The notes under the pieces: model-generated | Database searches by the model: none | What the model saw: the letters and a program-made list of their open reading frames with translations, nothing else | Told to the model about the DNA's origin: nothing | Shown here: positions 59,865 to 64,000 of the stretch, piece after piece | Numbering within the stretch: position 1 is the first letter of the stretch | Layout of the letters: the number at the start of each line of letters is the position of its first letter | Assembly (NCBI GenBank): GCA_030765335.1 | Contig: JAVCCU010000008.1 | Location: 3-64,002, forward strand | Source: Candidatus Kaelpia aquatica | GTDB taxonomy: Bacteria; Omnitrophota; Gorgyraeia; Kaelpiales; Kaelpiaceae | DNA length: 64,000 nt | Direction: 5' to 3' | Made by a program: the position numbers and the translations under genes

Positions 59865-60358
59865 ATATACTTAACAATATCTTTACTATACTATTTGGAC
59901 TCATAGCTTCAATAGTTTTCTTCCTGATGGAGCTTTTTATAATTCCGGGGTTCGGCATAATGGGTATGCTGGGTATTACAATCCTCGCAATTACAACTCG
60001 CCTTGCCTATAAGAATCTAGGACCAGAAGCTGGAATATATACCCTGCTTGCCGGTATTTTTCTTGCAAGCTTATTTGTATACTATTTTATTAAGAGACAG
60101 CTCTTTAAAAAGACCACTCTGCAGTATAGATTGACAAAAGAAGACGGCTATGGGATAAGGAATCTATTAATAAAAGAGTATATCGATAAAGAAGGTATAG
60201 CGATAAGTGTATTGAGGCCTGTGGGCATCATAGAGATAGACGGCGAAAGACTTGATGCTACAGCAGAGGGAACTTTCTTTCTTGAGAAAGGTTCTAAAAT
60301 AAAAGTCGTAGGCATAGAAGGCAATAGATTAAGAGTTCAAAAAACAGAGGAGGTTTAG
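59861..60358 (+). CDS. Short-form NfeD family protein
   Basis: [12 protein letters not shown] helices, VLRPVG...IDGERLDA. Confidence 0.85.
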   Translation: MNILNNIFTILFGLIASIVFFLMELFIIPGFGIMGMLGITILAITTRLAYKNLGPEAGIYTLLAGIFLASLFVYYFIKRQLFKKTTLQYRLTKEDGYGIRNLLIKEYIDKEGIAISVLRPVGIIEIDGERLDATAEGTFFLEKGSKIKVVGIEGNRLRVQKTEEV

Positions 60359-60359
60359 C

Positions 60360-61340
60360 ATGAACATGGCGATTCTTTTCTTAATAATCTTTGGAGGGTT
60401 TTTTCTCTTTGGCTATTTTATCCCACTAAGGCTCTGGGTCGCAGCACTTGCCGCAGGAGTAAAGTTAAATCTATTAAGCCTCGTTGGTATGAGGCTTAGA
60501 AAAGTAGACCCCAACATTATAGTCCCTTCTCTTATAATGCTGCATAAAGCAGGCTTGGCAACAGAAATAAATCAGATGGAAGCTCATTATCTTGCCGGCG
60601 GAAATGTATTAAATGTAATAAAGGCTCTTATATCGGCCGATAAAGCTGAGATAGTTTTAAACTTTGAAAGAGCGGCGGCAATTGACCTTGCAGGAAGAGA
60701 TGTGCTAGATGCCGTCAAAACATCGGTTAACCCTAAGGTTATTGATGCACCAAGAGAGGGCATGATTGCAGCTGTTGCTAAAGATGGGATACAGGTTTTG
60801 GCTAAAGCACGTGTTACGGTAAGAGCCAACCTTGATAGACTCGTAGGAGGCGCGACTGAAGAAACAATCATAGCAAGAGTCGGAGAGGGAATAGTTACAA
60901 CAATAGGCTCGTCTGCATCCTATAAAAATGTGATTGAAAACCCAGACTCTATATCCAAAACAGTTCTAGATAAAGGCCTTGATGCAGGGACTGCATTTGA
61001 AATTCTTTCTATAGATATCGCAGATATAGACGTTGGTAAAAATATCGGTGCTCAACTACAGACCGATCAGGCAGAGGCTGATTTAAAAGTAGCTCAAGCA
61101 AAAGCAGAGACACGTCGGGCTATGGCTGTTGCACAAGAACAGGAGATGAAAGCAAAGGTACAAGAGATGCAAGCAAAGGTGGTAGAAGCAGAGGCCCAAG
61201 TCCCGCTTGCAATTGCAGAAGCATTTAAGAGCGGCCACCTAGGAGTTCTTGACTATTATAAAATGAACAACATCCAGGCTGATACAAAGATGCGATCGAA
61301 TATTGCAGGAGATATACAGCCAAAAAAAGAAGATAAATAA
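60360..61340 (+). CDS. floA: Flotillin-like protein FloA (YqfA)
   Basis: [54 protein letters not shown]. Confidence 0.95.
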   Translation: MNMAILFLIIFGGFFLFGYFIPLRLWVAALAAGVKLNLLSLVGMRLRKVDPNIIVPSLIMLHKAGLATEINQMEAHYLAGGNVLNVIKALISADKAEIVLNFERAAAIDLAGRDVLDAVKTSVNPKVIDAPREGMIAAVAKDGIQVLAKARVTVRANLDRLVGGATEETIIARVGEGIVTTIGSSASYKNVIENPDSISKTVLDKGLDAGTAFEILSIDIADIDVGKNIGAQLQTDQAEADLKVAQAKAETRRAMAVAQEQEMKAKVQEMQAKVVEAEAQVPLAIAEAFKSGHLGVLDYYKMNNIQADTKMRSNIAGDIQPKKEDK

Positions 61341-61345
61341 AAACA

Positions 61346-61723
61346 ATGGCAGATCTGTTAATAGTATTATTCTTGATTGTTTTCTGGGTGATATCTTATA
61401 CCTTGAAGCAATCAGGCAAACCAAGCACTCAGTATAAAGAGGACAATGAATTAGAGCATCTTTTTAGATTTCCGAAACTCAATATAATTCCAGAAGCTCT
61501 AAAACAAGAAGATAAAAAGATAGAGCAGAGAGTAATCAGCAAGATAGAGCCTGATCAAAGATCGGAAGTAGTTAAAAGAGGGGTTGTTCTCCCTGAACAT
61601 CAAACCGGCACTTCAAAATTTGATTCTGGAAAACTTTACCGGGATATGCTAGAATCCAAAACTTCTTTGAGGAATTCTATCATTATCAAAGAGATATTAG
61701 ATAATCCGGTATCTTTACGATGA
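61346..61723 (+). CDS. YqfB-like hypothetical protein
   Basis: N-terminal TM and C-terminal LRNSIIIKEILDNPVSLR, typical of floA-downstream genes. Confidence 0.7.
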   Translation: MADLLIVLFLIVFWVISYTLKQSGKPSTQYKEDNELEHLFRFPKLNIIPEALKQEDKKIEQRVISKIEPDQRSEVVKRGVVLPEHQTGTSKFDSGKLYRDMLESKTSLRNSIIIKEILDNPVSLR

Positions 61724-61728
61724 TTTAA

Positions 61729-61811
61729 GCCAGGGTGGCGGAATGGCAGACGCGCGTGATTCAAAATCACGTCTCCGTAAGGGGGTGGGGGTTCAAGTCC
61801 CCCCTCTGGCA
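61729..61811 (+). tRNA. tRNA-Leu(CAA)
   Basis: GCCAGGGTGGCGGAATGGCAGACGCGCGTGA-TTCAAAA-TCACG, variable arm, GGTTCAAGTCC, CTCTGGCA. Confidence 0.95.
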
Positions 61812-61820
61812 AAATAAAAA

Positions 61821-61850
61821 ACCAGATCTAAAATCTGGTCTATTTTTTTT
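61821..61850 (+). terminator. Intrinsic terminator after tRNA-Leu
   Basis: ACCAGAT-CTAAA-ATCTGGT hairpin followed by a T-tract; an A-tract upstream suggests it may be bidirectional. Confidence 0.7.
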
Positions 61851-61969
61851 AGTCCCCCCCACCGGTGGCCAAGCCTTGACTTATTTATCGCACATAATAA
61901 ATACTTTGTCAAATTTGTAAATAACTTTTTATTAAATAAAATATTATAGACTCAATTGCTTATAGGGAG

Positions 61970-62641
61970 TTAAACTTTACCGCTAAGAATATAGATGCCA
62001 AAGAGGATGAGCATAGATCCGGCTGCTATTTCAATTACTCTTAGACTCTTCTTAATCTTGCCAAATAGAGTGAGGAACCATGATAACGATAAAGCAGAGA
62101 TCAAAAAAGGCAGAGAGAGACCTAGGGAAAAAAAGAGTAGCAATAAAAACCCTCTAAATAGATCGGCCTTTATACTTGCAACTGTTAAAACAGCAGCCAA
62201 ATAAGGAGTAGCACAAGCAGTAAAGCTGAATGCAAACACTACCCCAACAAATATTATCCCTATTATCCCTGCAGGTTTTTTCCGCAGCGAAAAATTTAGC
62301 GCAGGCAAAAACTTTAATCTGCTGTAAAACAAAACGTAAAGCCCCAATAAAACTATTACTACTCCGCCTATTCTCTGAACGGGAAACTTTAATCTAAATA
62401 TAATTTCTCCCAACAGAGAAGCTCCAAGACCCAGAGATATGAATATACAAGAGAAGCCTAATAAAAAAAGAAGGGTGTAGATAACCATCCTCTTGCGTAA
62501 ACAAGCGGGGTTTTCTTTCATCTCATTAAAAGAGATACCGCTTATAAAAGAGAGGAAAGAGGGAATGAGCGGCAAAATGCATGGTGAGAAAAAATAGAAT
62601 ACTCCGCCTAAAAAAGCCATAATGAATGATATGTCATTCAT
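61970..62641 (-). CDS. ccdA: Cytochrome c biogenesis/thiol-disulfide transporter CcdA
   Basis: FFSPCILPLIP and FTACATP cysteines, six TM helices, GLSLPF. Confidence 0.88.
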   Translation of the reverse strand: MNDISFIMAFLGGVFYFFSPCILPLIPSFLSFISGISFNEMKENPACLRKRMVIYTLLFLLGFSCIFISLGLGASLLGEIIFRLKFPVQRIGGVVIVLLGLYVLFYSRLKFLPALNFSLRKKPAGIIGIIFVGVVFAFSFTACATPYLAAVLTVASIKADLFRGFLLLLFFSLGLSLPFLISALSLSWFLTLFGKIKKSLRVIEIAAGSMLILFGIYILSGKV

Positions 62642-63203
62642 TGATTAAAGCCTGCAAAAAACCAATTATTTCAGGCTGATTCCAGTCTATAGCCCCAGGA
62701 ATCTTGGCAACAGCCCTGAAGTCTTTATCAATAATAAACGAGCTGGGTAAACCAAACACACCATACTTAAGAGCCGATAACCCATAATCATCAGAATAGA
62801 CTGGGAAATCTGCGCCTTTCTGTTTTAGATAACTTTCAATAGCAAGTTTTTTATCTCCCAAGAAAAGTGGTATAAACTCTATCTTAGATCTATCTAGAGA
62901 GGGAACAAAGGTCTTTAAAAAATCAACTTCGGTATCACAAGCACTACAACTTATAGTTCGAAAATTAACTATTATTACCTTACCTTTAAAATCCGAAAGA
63001 CTGTAGTCTGACCCATCTAAATCCTGAAAACTAAAATCCTTTGCCGGGACCCTCTCGTCTTTAGAAGGAATTTTATTAGTTGCTTCGGCTGAAAAACCTT
63101 CTTGCTTACTATTTGAATAAATTAAAAATCCTATTCCGGCTAACAAGACAATTAAAATAGGGGTTAATTTTTTCTTAATTTTCAAACTCCTACCCCATAA
63201 CAA
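62634..63203 (-). CDS. TlpA/ResA family membrane-anchored thioredoxin
   Basis: TM anchor, DF...DLDG..YSLSDFKGKVIIVNF, CSAC, YGVFGLPSSFIID. Confidence 0.85.
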   Translation of the reverse strand: MLWGRSLKIKKKLTPILIVLLAGIGFLIYSNSKQEGFSAEATNKIPSKDERVPAKDFSFQDLDGSDYSLSDFKGKVIIVNFRTISCSACDTEVDFLKTFVPSLDRSKIEFIPLFLGDKKLAIESYLKQKGADFPVYSDDYGLSALKYGVFGLPSSFIIDKDFRAVAKIPGAIDWNQPEIIGFLQALINE

Positions 63204-63999
63204 CCTTTACCTCATGCTCTTCGCCGTCAGAGAGAGGTTTTAGAATATTAGATTCTTGTTTTATACCATCAAGGTAGACTTCTCTTACCCCAGTTGATAC
63301 TCCGCTTGAATTATCAACTTCTATATTGTAGGCTGAACCTCTAAAGACTCTTCTTACTTTAAAACCGCTCCAACTAGAAGGGATACAGGGGTCTATCAGG
63401 AGCCCGTCAATCTCTGCTCTTATTCCAAGAATCCAGTTTGTACTTGCATGAAAAAACCAGGCTCCGCTTCCAGAATACCAAGTCCAGCCTCCACGCCCGT
63501 AATTCTCTGAATCCGGACCATCTACATTGCCCGCAGTGACATAAGGCTCTACGCAATACAATTCAGGGTCCATGCCCCGCTTTGCTGGAGAGAACCTAGA
63601 ATAGACTTCATAAGCCATATCCCCATTTTTAAGGACGCACTCTGCGATAATAGCCCAGCATGCTGCATGAGTATATACACCGCCATTCTCTCTAACTCCT
63701 GGAGCATAGCGAGACAGATATCCTATCATAGGATCAGGCTTCTTGTATGCAGGATAGAAAAGTACCGGACCATAATCATGGAGCAGATGCTTCTCAACGC
63801 TTTCCATTGCTCTCTTTTTTCTCTCTTCATCAGTTGTATTATGCATCACGGCCCAAGTCTGAGCATTAAGAAATATCTTACCCTCTTCACAGCTCTTACT
63901 ACCCATAACCTCGCCACTATCTTTAGTGGCTCTTATAAACCACTCTCCATCCCATCCATGCTCATTGATTGCTCTTTTTAGATCCTGTGCTCTTTTTAA
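63190..63999 (-). CDS. GH94 glycoside phosphorylase, C-terminal part (5' truncated by window)
   Basis: Frame open to the window end (WDGEWFIRA..D.G), RENGGVYTHAACW, EPYV, GGWTWYSGS, LLIDPCIP..W. Confidence 0.92.
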   Translation of the reverse strand, partial: LKRAQDLKRAINEHGWDGEWFIRATKDSGEVMGSKSCEEGKIFLNAQTWAVMHNTTDEERKKRAMESVEKHLLHDYGPVLFYPAYKKPDPMIGYLSRYAPGVRENGGVYTHAACWAIIAECVLKNGDMAYEVYSRFSPAKRGMDPELYCVEPYVTAGNVDGPDSENYGRGGWTWYSGSGAWFFHASTNWILGIRAEIDGLLIDPCIPSSWSGFKVRRVFRGSAYNIEVDNSSGVSTGVREVYLDGIKQESNILKPLSDGEEHEVKVVMG

Positions 64000-64000
64000 A

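Noticed and set aside
61876-61912. Imperfect inverted repeat TTGACTTATTTAT...ATAAATACTTTGTCAA
   Set aside because: AT-rich and imperfect, between convergent units; no gene it would plausibly regulate.
61735-61920. 61-aa ORF
   Set aside because: It is a translation of the tRNA-Leu(CAA) gene and its terminator.

Overview
Gene-dense, AT-rich chromosomal segment of an anaerobic diderm bacterium (LptF/G present; gene content and order resemble PVC-superphylum/Omnitrophota-like genomes, which is inference only). Most genes are on the minus strand. Housekeeping blocks: pgk-tpiA-secG-oppABCDF, cvpA-nif3-dnaG-rpoD, comF-lptF-lptG, a PTS/SAM-cycle operon (EIIA, yvcK, GH57, HPr, EI, metK, ahcY, pfkA), smc, pncB-metV-folE plus a REC-HK/HD-GYP pair, nfeD-nfeD-floA, tlpA-ccdA, and five tRNAs. 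Glucan enzymes are abundant (two GH57, two GH144/DUF3131-like, one GH94). The most unusual part is 29.9-41.8 kb: (i) a compositionally distinct locus with a B12-dependent radical SAM, two tandem SPASM/twitch radical SAMs and two GT-C-type membrane glycosyltransferases; (ii) an unannotated ~145-nt rod-shaped RNA candidate (6S-like) on the + strand; (iii) a TM1266-hydF-hydG [FeFe]-hydrogenase maturation operon behind a long structured leader with attenuator-like features; (iv) an unknown small protein behind a consensus promoter and a macrodomain-Nudix fusion. No CRISPR array, integrase or transposase was seen. All calls come from reading motifs by eye; no searches were run.
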